DNA of 64,000 nucleotides from Tubulanus polymorphus. Lineage: Eukaryota > Animalia > Nemertea. The position numbers and the translations under genes were made by a program. Positions 1-13,540 of this stretch are shown one piece after another (the stretch's first letter is position 1; every line of letters starts with the position of its first letter). The notes under the pieces are model-generated. The model worked only from the letters and a program-made list of their open reading frames with translations, did no database searches and was not told where the DNA came from. The DNA is taken from the NCBI RefSeq assembly GCF_964204645.1, contig NC_134032.1, forward strand, positions 6,064,275 through 6,128,274, read 5' to 3'.

Positions 1-424
1 GATTTTCGCCGTTAATTTATCTGACCCGGCCGGAAATGAGAAACGAGGTATCATTTTGGCTTGAAATTGTAGAGTTTGAGACGGAAAAAATGGTTAAAAT
101 TTAAAATGCGGATACGTATAAATATAATCATATACTCGACATACGGTTTCAAGGTAACAGCTATCAATATTAAGATGAATATCGACTTGTATGTTGATCG
201 TATGATAAGCAATATTCGGTGACATATTTCACCAGTATGAATACTATCCGGACCGAAAGCTTGCCAAATATTACTAATAAACGGATTGAAATTGTCGCTA
301 GAAGGGAATAATCATAGCGTAAATCCATCGGTAGGTTCTAGTTTTGGACATTATAAATCCAAACATAATTGTCGTAATAACCAGAACTGTTGAGAAAAGT
401 GCCAAAAATCAGGCCTAAATTCCT

Positions 425-757
425 CATGCTCTCCCACGGCAGGGATTCGAACCTGATAGCATCGCTACACTCAGCCACGGCACGAACCACCTGCCACAGA
501 AGGCCGGTTGCGCGTGCACATGCGCAGCTTTGCCACGCGAAAAATGCGGCACCAATCAGATCGTCGTATAATCGCTGAGGTAAATTTCACGGTAGAACTA
601 TAAATGGGAAAACCCGGGCTAAAATAAAACGGGATATCTGATTGGCTGATAATGACATCACCTAAGCTGTAGCTATGCACTCGGTCAAGTGTGCCAGAGT
701 TTTGTATCGTGGCAATCTCGATGCCATCAGGTTTGAATCCCCGCCGGAGAGGATGAC
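425..757. repeat. tRNA/SINE-like repeat fragments in inverted orientation (425-523 minus, 707-757 plus); related scrambled copy at ~8836-8900
   Basis: GCAGGGATTCGAACC (reverse complement of B-box-like GGTTCGAATCCC) near 440-453; GATGCCATCAGGTTTGAATCCCCGCC near 720-745; 8862-8900 is the reverse complement of 476-523 with mismatches. Confidence 0.45.
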
Positions 758-1914
758 ATTCCTAGGAAATTCAGTAATTAAAACCTTCATGGTCACCTGT
801 TTGCCGTCCAATGATTTATTAGGAAGTTGTTGTAGGAAATCAGTTGTAGGAAGTGAGGACGATTACAAGTCGCTGCAATTACATAAGATACGACGGAGAC
901 TGCATTGAAACCGTGAGCAGTACACCTCTTTTCTTCCAGTGACTTCGATTTATAGACAGTGTCAATCGCATAATACGGGCCGCTATCCCTGCCAAAGAGA
1001 CGTTAAAGTCATCATGTGAAGGATAACCCATAACGTGAAGTATAATGTAGTAACGTATAAACTCGTAACGTGAAGGGTCAACTCGCGTCATCGAGACTTG
1101 CTGTGGATTGAAGGATACGAGCTTTGCTATGTTCAATGCCGCCATGTTCAAATTCGTCTAATGAAATATCACAATTAAGCAGAACGTCGAGGAAGACACC
1201 TATTCTTTACAGCCAGGCTCTACACTTTCTAATACACATCTTTCTAATACTCACAGTTTTCGGGCCTACTGCCCAAACGTGACATGAAGAATAATGTTAT
1301 TCCTATGGATATGGAATTCCAGTCTATCACAAACTTCACTTAAGGTTATTTTCACTTTAAAACATTCACAAAAAGTATCACTTATGATTACAATTACCTC
1401 GTAGAAGGAAGGAGGTATAAACAAATATATCAAATATAAGATAGCGATGCTTATAAATATGGCTGTATACCCCACGTATGGTTCCTAACCAGTCAACGCC
1501 CTCCTCACAGTCAGCACTCGGCCAAAGTACGATGTCAGCATTCGCAACTCGTCAGCCTTCAGCCGCCAGTCAACCTAACCAGTCAACGCCCTTCTCACAG
1601 TCAGCACTCAGCCAAATAAATGGAAGTTCGAATTCAGCATTTCTTTTCTCATCAGACGAGTTTTACCTTCCTGGAATTCATCAGATGATGGAAGACCAAC
1701 AACGCAGAATCAGTACATTCAGATGAACCAATTAGCAGTTGTTTGTACTTCTCAACATTCTGCGACTTTCTCAGTCCAATAACAGGCTCGGTTTAAGATC
1801 AGGATTCTATTATTGACGGTGCTAGTAGTATAGTTATCATTCGTGACACGAACGATGTCATGACACTCAAATATATATTGAACATGCTTCAGCCCGATGA
1901 ACATGAAAATGGGA

Positions 1915-2152
1915 TAAATTTGATACATTTAGGGGACCGCAGTGAGGTACTCTATGTCGGATTTCGAGCTGCTTTTAAGAACAAAATAGTGGTGGGCACG
2001 AAAGAGATTAAATGTATTGTTTGAGGCGGAATTTGCGATTGACGGAGGAGGTCCAACGAGAGAATCTCTGACTTAATTCTTTAAACAGCTGAGTAATTCT
2101 TGTCTGTTCACTGGAAACGAAGGCAGAAAAATCTTGGCTCTAAGCGCATCAG
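1915..2152 (+). pseudogene. HECT E3 ubiquitin ligase (G2E3-like) N-lobe fragment
   Basis: Manual translation RLNVLFEAEFAIDGGGPTRESLT*FFKQLSNSCLFTGNEGRKILAL matches the HECT 'V.F.GE.A.D.GGP.RE' motif; contains an in-frame stop; ends at a CAG|GTGAAT donor. Confidence 0.6.
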
Positions 2153-2400
2153 GTGAATATTTATCAGCACATCATCATCATTTCATCTAAAGAAAACTCA
2201 TACAGCTCCCCAAAAATTTTGCTTATATAATCACATAGTAATTGTGTTCATTCGACTTGCACTTGGCATCATTCAACAGCTTATTTGTAAGAATGATAAT
2301 CTTTAGTTTACCATCGCGAAACTCTGAAAAAATATCATTATTTGATGACACATGTCTTAAACAAGGTCGGCTCTGTATGCATTATGCCTGACTGACAGAA

Positions 2401-2560
2401 CACAGGGGCTTGTAAACCGCTAAATTTAAACTGCAAATAAATTCAAAATATCACAGAAATACATTCAGTTGATGTTGTTTATTTATCCACTATAGAGTTC
2501 CGATAAACAATTGGCTGTTAAGGATCAGTAAGGCGCGACGCCTTACTATATAACAAGGTA
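2401..2560 (-). mobile_element. Terminal fragment of the same CAC-ended DNA transposon family as 13624-15986
   Basis: Starts CACAGGGGCTTGTAA; 2419-2558 is the reverse complement of ~15770-15923. Confidence 0.65.
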
Positions 2561-3987
2561 TATATTTATAAAAGGAAATATACTGCGACAGGTGGTTTTG
2601 CAAAGTCATTAAAAATCAAGAACAAAAGCCTCTAAGGATACAATTCTTCCGATTTTGGAGGGAGGAGTCATAAAGAATGAATAAATTAATGAAGATTAAA
2701 AAATCGGAAGTAATAGACGAACAGTTTAAAAGCGGAAGCACCCGTTGCGATAAATTGAAGATTTAAATTTTACAAAATCATTATGAAAAACGGAATGAAA
2801 AGAAACAAATGCTACCGTTGATAGTATTCACGTACAAATTGTAAAATGAGAATAGAAACTTTAATTGAATACAAGTCACGAGAAGAGCAAAGAGATTTAG
2901 ACAATCAATCCGGCGGCTTGAAATAAAGATCTTAAAATGAATAAACTCGAATACAAGATCTTTGCTTTCGAATAATTTGTTAACTAAAAGGGTTGACCAA
3001 AGGTTCATATAAATCTATATTTTTGATTATTGAATTTTGAAATCAGGGGATCTAAAAATAGTATTCATCATTAGCGGGACGTCGATTCAGCAATTAATTT
3101 TTCAGGGAAGAGCCGATCAGCCTTCCCGAAAGGGAATGCGCATCATCCGTGAGTGTCTCATTGCTCTAATTAAAGTTGAAAAATAAGATACATGTACGTT
3201 GTTTTCTGAATACTAAAAGATTCTTAATTTTTATTTGTGTTCTGTCTACTTAATTGCGGAAATCCGATGTATTTGCAGTACTGGGAACAATAAAGTATAT
3301 TCGAATAAGAATTAAGTATATTTGAATAAGAACTAATAATGTATAGTCGAACTTGAATTGAGCCCACTAGGTGGTGGTATTGGAAGGCACCAGGTGGTTT
3401 GGTCATCTTAATGTGCTCCAGCGCCGTGGCGGAATACATATTCAATAATTAATAGCAAATATAATTCTATCTTTACCTGAAATAATGTTAGGAATAGCAA
3501 GATATAAAATAAATTTATTTTCGTTGCAAAAAAAATTGGCGGTTATTTCAAATCACATCGACAGCGAGCAGTACGGTCCACTACTACTACACAGTCCAGT
3601 ATCCTACACAATAGTTGGTCCAGCAAGCCACAACGGAATCTTCTTTGAAAATATCCCCGATTAAACTTCAGTAATTGGCAAGAGGTAGCACAATGGTGTA
3701 GGAAAACAAAAACACCGTCCTTGGTGCTTTAAAGAAAGTTTATTCCAAAATCATAAATGAGAAGAGAGGCGTGTGGATTCAGTTCCTAAAAAATATGACA
3801 ATACTTTTATTGACTCACAATTAAATGATAACATTTTTATAAATTGAGGACGAGATCATTAAAAACTGACTTTAATCACGAGACAAGCTGTCGCCTCACA
3901 ATAATATTGATGGTTGAGTTTTTGATTGAGTGGGCCCACTTCCCAGTAACCTGCTAAGTCTGGCTGTAGCAACCACAAACTTCAAAC

Positions 3988-4266
3988 TAAAGGGCTTGTC
4001 ATGATAGCTGGGGGTTAAAACATCAAACACCTGACCCAGTATCCTAGGTACCGGTACTACTTATTAATTAGGCCTATAGTTGGTAACTAGGATACTTGGT
4101 CAAATCTTTGAATTTGGACCCCAGCAATCCTGACAAGCCCTTATGGTAGTAACCTGCTGGCCCGGTTTCAGGCCTATAGACTAGTATTAACTTTAACCAA
4201 ATTGATAATGAATTGAGTTAACCCCTAGGTTAAAGTTAATACCAGTCTATAGCCTTAACCGGGCCC
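3988..4266. repeat. Two adjacent fold-back (MITE-like) inverted repeats
   Basis: AAGGGCTTGTCA...AGTATCCTAG pairs with CTAGGATACT...TGACAAGCCCTT (~3988-4143); GGCCCGGTT...TATTAACTTTAACC pairs with GGTTAAAGTTAATA...AACCGGGCC (~4159-4266). Confidence 0.55.
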
Positions 4267-6311
4267 CTGAGTAATAGGCCTACCACAGTAATAAGACACT
4301 TCCTAAAAATTCCTATTTAGGCTAAATTACAATTGATAACGAGTTAAGTGATAAAGTCTAAGTCTAAAAAATAGTCATTTTCTAAAATCGACATCAAAAA
4401 AGGCCCTACATATTTGAATCTTAGGCCAACCTCATAAAGAAATCTTTCTTTGCTCTAACGCCCTGTAGGTTTACAGTAAATGTACAACTAATAAAACGGT
4501 TTTTTTCAGGTAGATCAAGACAACTATTCTGAAGCAATGTCAGTTATATTATTCACATAATTTAAAATGACTGCACTTTAGGCTACTCATAATTCTTCAA
4601 TTACCATTTAAATTAATCTCGAAACATTAGAGGGCATACATTTTATATATCATTAATTGTTGTATTGCTTAGGCCTTTACGTCCCAAGTGGGCTAAAAAC
4701 ATGTCCCTCACATCAATTAATAAATGAAAGAACCAGTTACGCAGAACTGTAAAATAACCTGTGGAACCTATGCTAACTGTAATCATATCTAATTTTAGGC
4801 TGGTGCAAATACAGGAAGACATTCTGAAAACACTTCCTCCTGAATGGAGTATTACTAAAAGAAAATTATCGGACACTGTAAAAGCTGTTTTTCCTGATGT
4901 TCGAATAAAGCGGATCTACGATTGTCGTAACGGAAGTACCGTTTATGTTGGTTTGCAGGGGAGATTATCTACCGATGCGGTTTCAATTCCAGAAAAACTA
5001 TTTTAAAATTACAGACAACCCTATGTTAACAACATACGGTTGTTTCGACGACAGTGTGTTCAATCGTGATCGTATTTTGAAAGAAGTCACTGTTAAAATT
5101 GGTCAAGTGACTGCTGTTAATGTACTTGGAAGAAGTTTTAAACCAGCGGATTTAGATCTTGTAGCTACAATTTTAGAAGTTGCATTGACTCAAATCAAAT
5201 CGTTAAAACTATGTCAAGGATTTTCTGTTCATTGTAAGCAGTGCAACACTGAGCACCTGAAAAGATTTATGCTCAATGTTGATGAAAATCAACGTGAAAT
5301 TCGGTTCCGATCGATACATTGCGCGATACTCAACAATTATAGGGATTCTACATGTTCCTACTGCAAGAAATATAAATACAGTCTGCACAGGAAATGTATA
5401 CAATCTTCCATGATTGAAATCGGCGGCACGGATCACAACGTCTTATCAAAACTTCTCGAAGACTACAGAGACCAGCTACAGTATAGCGAAGAATATAAAA
5501 TGCTGTTGGACATGCAAAATGAAGCCATCTTTGAAAAAACATAAACCGCGTTCATTAAGATGGCACCCAAAGTAAGTCAAAACCATATATCTGAAATCTT
5601 GAAGACATTAAATTAATCATAAATTTTAACAAGAGGTATCCAATTTATTTTGCAGGCTAATTTCTTTTAGCTTGAAAATTTGGTGCTAATCACCAAAGTC
5701 CTACAATGGACTCCATAATTCGAATTTGCTCGGGTACTATAAACATCAAGTTCGACACGATGGACGATTTTCTGCGTATATCTTCCAGTGGATGTCGGCA
5801 GAAGCAGACGGTATTAATTTGCCCAGCGCTGGAAGAGAAGGAGGTAATATTATTCGACGAAATTACATTTCAGGTGATTTCCAGTCAGTGAACGAACAAT
5901 GATGTAACTAAACCTATCATTTAAATAGTAATTAACATAAATTCATTTTTATAGGAGGATCTGCAGATAACGTATCGTGACGGCATCGGGCGATTGGTCG
6001 GTTTTGTTGATCATGGTGATACTGGTAACGAAATTAGAAAGCTTAGTAAAGGTATGGCTCATCATTCCACGTGATTGTTGAAAGTTGATGTCCTGTACTA
6101 AATTTCCTGTAAGAGTGGGCGTTTTTGTATTGCCTCCAATATCATTCAGGCAAATTACTGTATTAACTTATCTCTTATATTCATATTATTGAGCATTTTT
6201 TGAATTCCTAACACTCTGTCACTTGAGTATTGATAGTCCCTATAGATGGTGTCGCTACCTGTAGTAATCATGTAACGAAATAGGTGGCATGTCTATCAAT
6301 AGATTTACTCA

Positions 6312-6473
6312 GGGATCATTCATTTATTACGTACGCATAAAATTTGAATATTTCAATCCCCTCTCCCCCTGTACGCAAAATCGACCATTTTTTCATATAC
6401 ATTAAGCATTACACTACGCAATTGCACGTACCCCTCCCCTCCCATAATGCATACGTAATAAATGAATGACCCC
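6312..6473. mobile_element. PIF/Harbinger-like MITE
   Basis: TIR GGG(A/G)TCATTCATTTATTACGTA at both ends; TCA duplication at 6309-6311 and 6474-6476. Confidence 0.8.
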
Positions 6474-7329
6474 TCATGTTTATAAGCAGAAGCAGTCTTA
6501 AGTGGTTGCTAGTGGCAACCAACTAGTTTGTATAAATAAGTTGAGAATTTTTTTTTAAATCTACTAAAAACAGTGCTTGGAGTAGTTGGTATTGTAAGAT
6601 ACTGGTGTAGATACTGGTGTAAATACTTTCCTAGCTAATAAAAACAAAAATGTTAACGTGTTGTTAACGTTGAATCCTAATAAATTCAAACTGCAACCGA
6701 AAAAAATGTTACTTCAGTTATGAGATTTGATGCCACTTTGATCTGATCACACATTTCTTTTTCGGAGTGAAGAACGAACTTAGCAAGTCATGTGCTTCAG
6801 TTCACTTACCCCGGCAACACGGGATTCAAGTTTCCATTCGCACACATCCCAACTCGGGAAATGACTGCTCCAGAGCTGTACTTTCTTTTGTGGGAGGCAA
6901 TCTGCAATATCAAATACTGGTGTGGGGCTCTTCTCATTTCAAAAAGCATCTCATCAAAAAGATGAGAAACAATATACTGAACATTGGAGTGAAAGAAAAT
7001 CTAAGGAGATCACTGCAACACGGAGGTCATATAATCTGGCAACACTGGATCGCAGCGTACGAGTGGGACAGTGAGAAGTCACTACCGCTGCACCAAAAAC
7101 TAACGGGAAGCCATTTGGCACCGACGTCTGAAGAAAAGATGAGAAATCATCTGCACAAAAAGGTGATAGATGCAGATATGCTTAATTTAATGAAGGTAGG
7201 AGAATTTAATTTTACCAGAAAAACTGGAGTAAATATTCACTAATTTGTTAGGACTTATTGCGTGATTAACTAGGCAACCTAAACTTTGTAGCCATATTAG
7301 TGAAACTCTTACTGAAGGATATTCTAGAC

Positions 7330-7460
7330 GTTCATTTTGCAAGTCCAACAGCATTTTGTATTCTTCGCTAGATAGTAGCTGGTCTCTGTAGTCTTCGAGA
7401 AGTGTTGATAAGACGTTGTGTGACGTAATATCTTGCAAAAGGAACATGTAGAATTCATAC
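7330..7460 (-). repeat. Inverted, internally deleted copy of transposase exon 5345-5521
   Basis: HNVLSTLLEDYRDQLLSSEEYKMLLDLQNE (minus) versus HNVLSKLLEDYRDQLQYSEEYKMLLDMQNE (plus). Confidence 0.85.
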
Positions 7461-8413
7461 AATTTGAGTACATGCTACTTACAGTTGCATATCTGGGATT
7501 TCTATGCTTAGATTTTCAAAAATACAACTCCCGGTTATCAGCCACCATCGGGACCTCCACAATTGTGAAATTTTAATTGTGTGGCGAATGGCGGATATAT
7601 GGAATTTGATGGAAAATTGGAAGCTTAACGCATTAATTTATTCGGGACTAAGCTTGGCGGCAGCCGGGAGTCGAAGATAACCGGGAGATGACTGTATTTC
7701 AAACATTTAAGCGTAGAAATTCCAGATTTTAGCTGAATTAAATCTTTGGCCAGAATATAATGAATCGAAATGTCACTCTCAATTGGATTTTCAGATGTTT
7801 CAGAAATATATTGGACTAGAGGAAGGCCAAAAATTGGATTCTACAATTCGACTTTAGGAGGCAACAACTTCCATAGTTGCGATATTTTGCGACAGAAGAC
7901 CAATCAAAGAGAAATCCGACATCAGAATATTTGATCTCAAGAAATCGTAACAATTCTTTTTTAGACTTTGATAACCATATTGACAGTGAAATCAAAAAAT
8001 TGGACAAAGAGAGTAACAAATCCGAAATCGATGTCCTCCAAACGAAAATGATGTCAGCGCAAACGAGATACGACATCAAAAGCTGCAGAGAAGGATTTAT
8101 AGAACTCGTGGAGATCACCTTGCAAAACGGAACAAGTACGATTCAACCGTATTTGATTAACACTGATCAAGCAGAAAATTGGTTTTGCCAACAGCAGGCC
8201 ACATTTAATGGGGCTAATGATAACCCTAATTATCAACAGCACTGTGCGTCAGCCACTTCAAACATACTTTGTAATCCGTCCGTATCAAGAAAATCAAATG
8301 CCTTTACCACAAAAACTGACAATCCGTCCATAGAAATAGACAAAAAGCGGCAGAGGCTGAATACTTGTAAGCCGTTGAAACTGTGAATACTTATACGGCG
8401 TAGTAAAAAGAAT

Positions 8414-8633
8414 GAAATGCCACAATATTTCAGCCAAAAGAATGAAAAATTCTATAGGCGAATCGTATTTATTAGGAGCAACATTTCGGCTAAATACAAT
8501 TAGCCATCATCATGCGTACTGTTTGAGTACACCTGATGATGGCTAGTGGTATTTATCCGAAAACGTTGCTCCTAATAAATACGATTCTACTACTGAATTT
8601 TTCATTTTTTTGGCTGAAATATTGTAGCATTTC
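8414..8633. repeat. ~105-bp-arm inverted repeat carrying hammerhead-ribozyme-like cores (Penelope-like pLTR remnant)
   Basis: Arms ~8414-8519 and ~8527-8633; CTGATGA (8533-8539) ... CGAAA (8558-8562) on plus; TGATGATGGCTAA-loop-TTAGCCGAAA on minus. Confidence 0.6.
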
Positions 8634-8951
8634 TCTCGTACTTCATCTTACACGGATATTGTGTATCTTCTCGACTCGTTGTAAATAGTTAAGAAGCATC
8701 AATTTTTGTGCTGATTGGGCGATATGAAAAATTAATTACGTCGGACTTGACTATATGTAAATATAGCTTAGACTAAGTATGCATTTAATCAATGAAAGAC
8801 CGGCTAGTCACTAATTGCTGATCATTTTTTTCATCCTCTCCCGGCAGGGATTGCATGTACCTGCGCACCCGGTTTAGTGTGGCAGGGGTTCGTGCTGTGG
8901 ATATCTTGCAATGGGAGAGGATAATGATTTTTACTATGATCTTAAGTCAGT

Positions 8952-11900
8952 TCAACCAAAAATGAAATGCAAGCACGCAAAGATGCAAAAGGGTAAAAAG
9001 ATAACGGTTTGACTATTGCAACAAATCTTACACTTCCATTCTGTATCATCAGCTGAACCTGGCACAATGCCAGTACAAGCAGGATCTATCCTTTGCAACC
9101 AATTAGTACACTCCAGCCAGAGTGCAGAATCGGAATCGTTTTCTAGCCATTCACGATTACAAATATGACAAGTGTATAAACTAGTTCTACTGCGTTTGTT
9201 TACAACCTTACGGGTTTTTCGAGATGTTCGTTTCTTCTTGGAAGTAGATTTGGAAGGTAAATCCTGTATTGAAACTGTGGGTATATTGTCTGTAATATTT
9301 GATGTAGATGGATGTCGAATTGTATGTACTGTTTCATTGATATCCGTCTGTTGGGGTAGGGCTAGATTGTCAGTCAAAATGTCTGGGAACGGCATATTCT
9401 GCTGCTGGGGTATACTTTCAATTAATTGCTGAATGAGCCTATGTCTCCTTAGCTTTGTATTAACTGGCAATCCATATGCTCTGTTAACTAGACGTACGAA
9501 TATCTTTAATATTAAAGCTAATGAAATCAAAATTATCTTCTGTGATAGCTTTAGCTAGAATCGTATGTATATCAGCTTTATGTTTGAATAACAACTTTAC
9601 AGAAATAGGCGTTTCTGCCTTTTTTCTCTTTTGATCAACGCTTCGCCTCAGTGTTTGAGTTTTCTCTTTACCCATAATGAATAAAATTTGCTTCCTGTAT
9701 TGGTTATTTACAGCTTTTATGAAAAATCTCACAGCATCTTCACATAAATCACTTATGCCAATAGAAACTAGAAACATTGAATTAATTACATTATCTACAT
9801 CAGTTATTTTCAAAACATCGATAAAAGTCAATCGTATTGAAAAGACTGACCCACATACTCCGCAGAGTTTTATCCTGACCAACATTTTCAAGAGTTTCTT
9901 GTAGTTTATACTCTGATGGATTAACACTAGGATTTTGCACTACAATTCTACAACGTTCAACTGCCATAAAGAAATCAAAGCATTTGTCTGATATATGAAT
10001 CAAACTTTCTCGATCGTTTTGCTTTCGAACTACATCATGCAGAGAATATGTGTTTGAAGAAAGAGCTAAAACTTCAAATTGGCTTAATGTAAGAGACCTT
10101 AGAAGGTCCAATTTAATTTTAACAGCCGAAAATGATTGGCTGATCGGCAGAAATATTCCTGTGAAGAAAATTTGCACTCGTTTCAAACACTTATGAATGC
10201 TATACCCTCCAACAACTGACTGATTTATCCACATTAAAAATGAAGCATGAAGTTTGAAAGTAAGTTCAACACAAAATGCCATTTTGTCATCACTAGCTGG
10301 TTCCCGCTTGCACAACCCTGATGATAAATCTTTAAACGAATCGGATGAAATGTATTGATGCAAAAGACGGGTATGAGCCACCCAATGTCTTGATTTCGGT
10401 TTACCAGAAATATACGATGTCTCAGAAACCTTGAGAAATTCCTGCCAAACAGAAAGTGAAAAATTATTCAAACTTTCAAGGTCAATTGAGATATTGTCGC
10501 AGACTGCATTTATGTGACTTAGTACTAGTACTAGGAATTCTAATAGAATCGAGAATTTGGCTTGGGTTCACTGAGCCTGGCAGTTCTGAATCGAATGAAT
10601 CAGGTAAATCGATGTCCTGTTCAAAGAAATTCATTGCTCTTACAAATTCGTAATCATCTTCATTATGATCATCTTGACTATCGCTGTCATCTTTTGTTGA
10701 CATAGGGCTATGAGGAAAATATATCATTCTACAACAGGTTAAGTCAGGTGAAAATCTGTTTCAAGTTGCAGGTGAGTAAAAGTTTCCAACACTAGTAGGA
10801 TGTTGTCTGCAATGTTGTAAAGTTAAATTACCTAGCAAAAACAAATCATCTGCTAATCGAGCTCGATTAAGAGCAACTCCTAGCTGTCCTGGAGAAAATA
10901 TATTATTGGAACTAATAGCGACCGAGTCAAGAGTCATACACCTTGACATCGGTGAATAGTTAAAGCAAATGATAAAGGTAATGGAAGCTGCGTCATGCTT
11001 GTGGACAACTTATTTTCACCGAGACTGAACTTGCTAAACACAAATGGCCTGAATTCTGTGGTAATATCAATAGATGGGAAATGAACTAAAACACTAGTGT
11101 CATGCATTTCCTGAACGACTCCTTTTAATCCGTTAACTAGTTTGTTTGATAAATTTCTTATCAATAAAACAGGTGCATTGAATTTCGATGGTAACCGAGT
11201 TATTGCAGGGAATTTGAAATGACTAGTAGAACCAATGATATTAGTTGCAGAACAAACCTTCTGCTCACAAGGCATTTGATCTAGCTTAGATCGTAGCCAC
11301 ATCGAAATTGGTTGCAAATAAATATGTGGGTTCCACACCAGCTGGAACTGGCCTACATAACTTTCGGAGAAATTGAACTCTTTCTTAAGATGGCTGTCCT
11401 CGAGTCACTTCATTAACGGTTGTAATGAAAACAGGATCTGATTGTCGGATGACTTTGAGTGAGAATGAAAATATGAGAGAATGAAAATCGATCACTCAAA
11501 AAACAATATAATAATATGATCCATCATCTCCATAACTCGGAACTGGTGGCTACTGGAAAAAATCGCCAGAAATGATAACCTGCATGCCACTGAAAAATGG
11601 CTCTGACTTGCGTACATGACGACAAACAAATTCTACAAGGTTAAAAATATGTTTGCTGATCGTAGAAATTTGGTCAATGACCAACACATCAGTGTTGATA
11701 ATATTATCTTGTATTGATCGCAAGTTGCCATCTGATTGAAAGCGTTCTGCTAATTGCTCACAACTGAACCTCCCATCAAAAATACCAGACGATGAATAGT
11801 TTTCGGATTAAATTCACTGAACTGCATACACTAGGCCTGTGCAGGCACAAACAGCAACCCTTTTTTTATCCGATAGGGTATTTTTGATAATAGTCCTCAA

Positions 11901-11996
11901 GCAGAATATTTTGCCCGATCCGGCCTGACCTAAAATATATAATTTATGGCCGACGCGAGCAAAAGACACTACCGAGGCTTGCTCCTGATTTAACAT
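8952..11996 (-). pseudogene. Decayed PIF1-family helicase with long C-terminal extension ending in a PHD-like finger
   Basis: GQAGSGK Walker A, VLVIDQIS, SGDFFQ, APVLLIRNL..LVNGLKGVV, QLPLPLSFALTIHRCQG, GQLGVALNRAR; terminal CHIC...WLEC...C...WKCKIC; split over many ORFs. Confidence 0.75.
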
Positions 11997-12327
11997 AGCT
12001 TATCAGCGGATGATGATTTAGAAGTGACAAAGCACATAAACCTGTTGGGTCATAAAAGATTACAACCGATTCCATGGAGAAAATATATAGTTGAAGTGAC
12101 TGACTAGAATCATGTAGAATCGCAGGTATATTGGATGAAAAACCATGCAAATTGCAGTTGAAAGTAACCAAATTCAATCGTCATCATTTCACTAGACACA
12201 AACGATAATTAAACAGGGCGCCCTATACTATTGTCGGTGGTATTGATCTTGATAGTGATTCAACAACATGGCAGCAAAAGTCGTCATTGTGCCATTTGGC
12301 AAAAAATTGGCCGAAAGAGAATTATTG

Positions 12328-13540
12328 AATAATAATAATAACACTTTTAAAGCGCTGTAATTCCATGCCAAAGAGGCAAAGTTGAAAAGCGCTCCTCTGG
12401 CGTGTCATAGAATGCACGGAAAAGCACTGTTTTGAGGTGAGATTTGAATTGGACGGGCGCAAATGTTCTTCTCCAAAATTACAAAAGCGGTATGTGGGTT
12501 CAACTAATTTGTGCTGATTAGCCGAGCGTAATGTACGAGCAGGGATGTAGACTTGAATAAGTTCACTGATATATACAGGGGCGGAGCCAGTGAGAGCTTT
12601 GAAGGTAACGTAACCTTGTACTTAATCCTGGCGACAACTGGTAGCCAGTGCAGCTCACGCAATATGGGTGTAATGTGGTCGAATTTAGAAACACGCATAA
12701 CGAGACGAGCAGCACAGTTTTGAAGCAATTGAAGTTTACGAATCAGTTCATGCGAAATTCCACAGAGCAGACTATTACAATAATCCATCCTTGAAAGAAC
12801 AAGGGCCTGAACAAGTGATTTAGTAGCTGTGCAGGTTAAGTTCCTACGTGCCAGCCCAATGTTACGGATGTGATAATATCCACTTTTTAGAACTGATTGA
12901 ACATGTGATTTCATGGAGAGCTCGCAATCAAACATGACGCCCATATTACGAATTGGTTTTTCTGATACACGAACTTCTACACCAGCAACAGTCAATGATT
13001 TGATGTCAACAGATCGGAGGCGCTTTTTCGTCCCAAGTAAGAATACCTCAGTCTTTGATGCATTAGCCTTTAAAAGGTTGGCCCTGTACCAGTTAAAAAC
13101 AGCTTGTAAACAAGACTCCACATTCTGCAGCTGTTGTGTAACATTAAGCGTGTTGAGGCATTTAATGATTTTGTAGGCCTGAGTATCATCTGCGAACCCA
13201 TGTCGGTCGACATGATACGATCGGATGGGTTCTCCTAATGGTAGTATATACACTAGAAAAATAAGTGGCTCAGGACAGAACCTTGGGGCACACCGTACTT
13301 TAGGTCTTATTCACTGGATGTGTATGTCCATTTATAACAACTTGCAATTATCTACACCTGAGGTAAGAACCAAACCACTCAAGAGCAGAATCAGTTATAC
13401 CAACATATTCTTTCAGGCGAGCAAGTAATACTGAGTGATCAATTGTGTCGAACGCTGCACTTAAATCCAGCAAGATGAGGATAATGTCATCTGCATCAAT
13501 CATATTGCGGATATGATTGAAGGCAGTGAAGATGGTGCTT
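12328..13540 (-). mobile_element. 5'-truncated L2-clade LINE (RT domain and 3' end)
   Basis: [44 protein letters not shown]; (TTA)n tail at ~12328-12341. Confidence 0.85.

Larger units (their letters stand above)
4761..8386 (+). pseudogene. Decayed intron-containing P-element/THAP9-type DDE transposase
   Basis: Ordered motifs RWHPK/LISFSLKIWC*SPKSY, VILFDEITFQ|EDLQ...LVGFVDHG, HLIKKMRNN...IIWQHW...KLTGSHLAPTSEEKMRNHL and INTDQAENWF...GANDNPN; GT-AG junctions near 5572/5655, 5873/5954 and 7196/7794; stops and frameshifts present. Confidence 0.7.

Noticed and set aside
430-470. tRNA gene
   Set aside because: Only a B-box-like arm; no cloverleaf can be built
7524-7697. Possible mariner-like MITE (CTCCCGGTTATC / GATAACCGGGAG)
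   Set aside because: The inverted repeat is real but short, and the ends are too degraded to call
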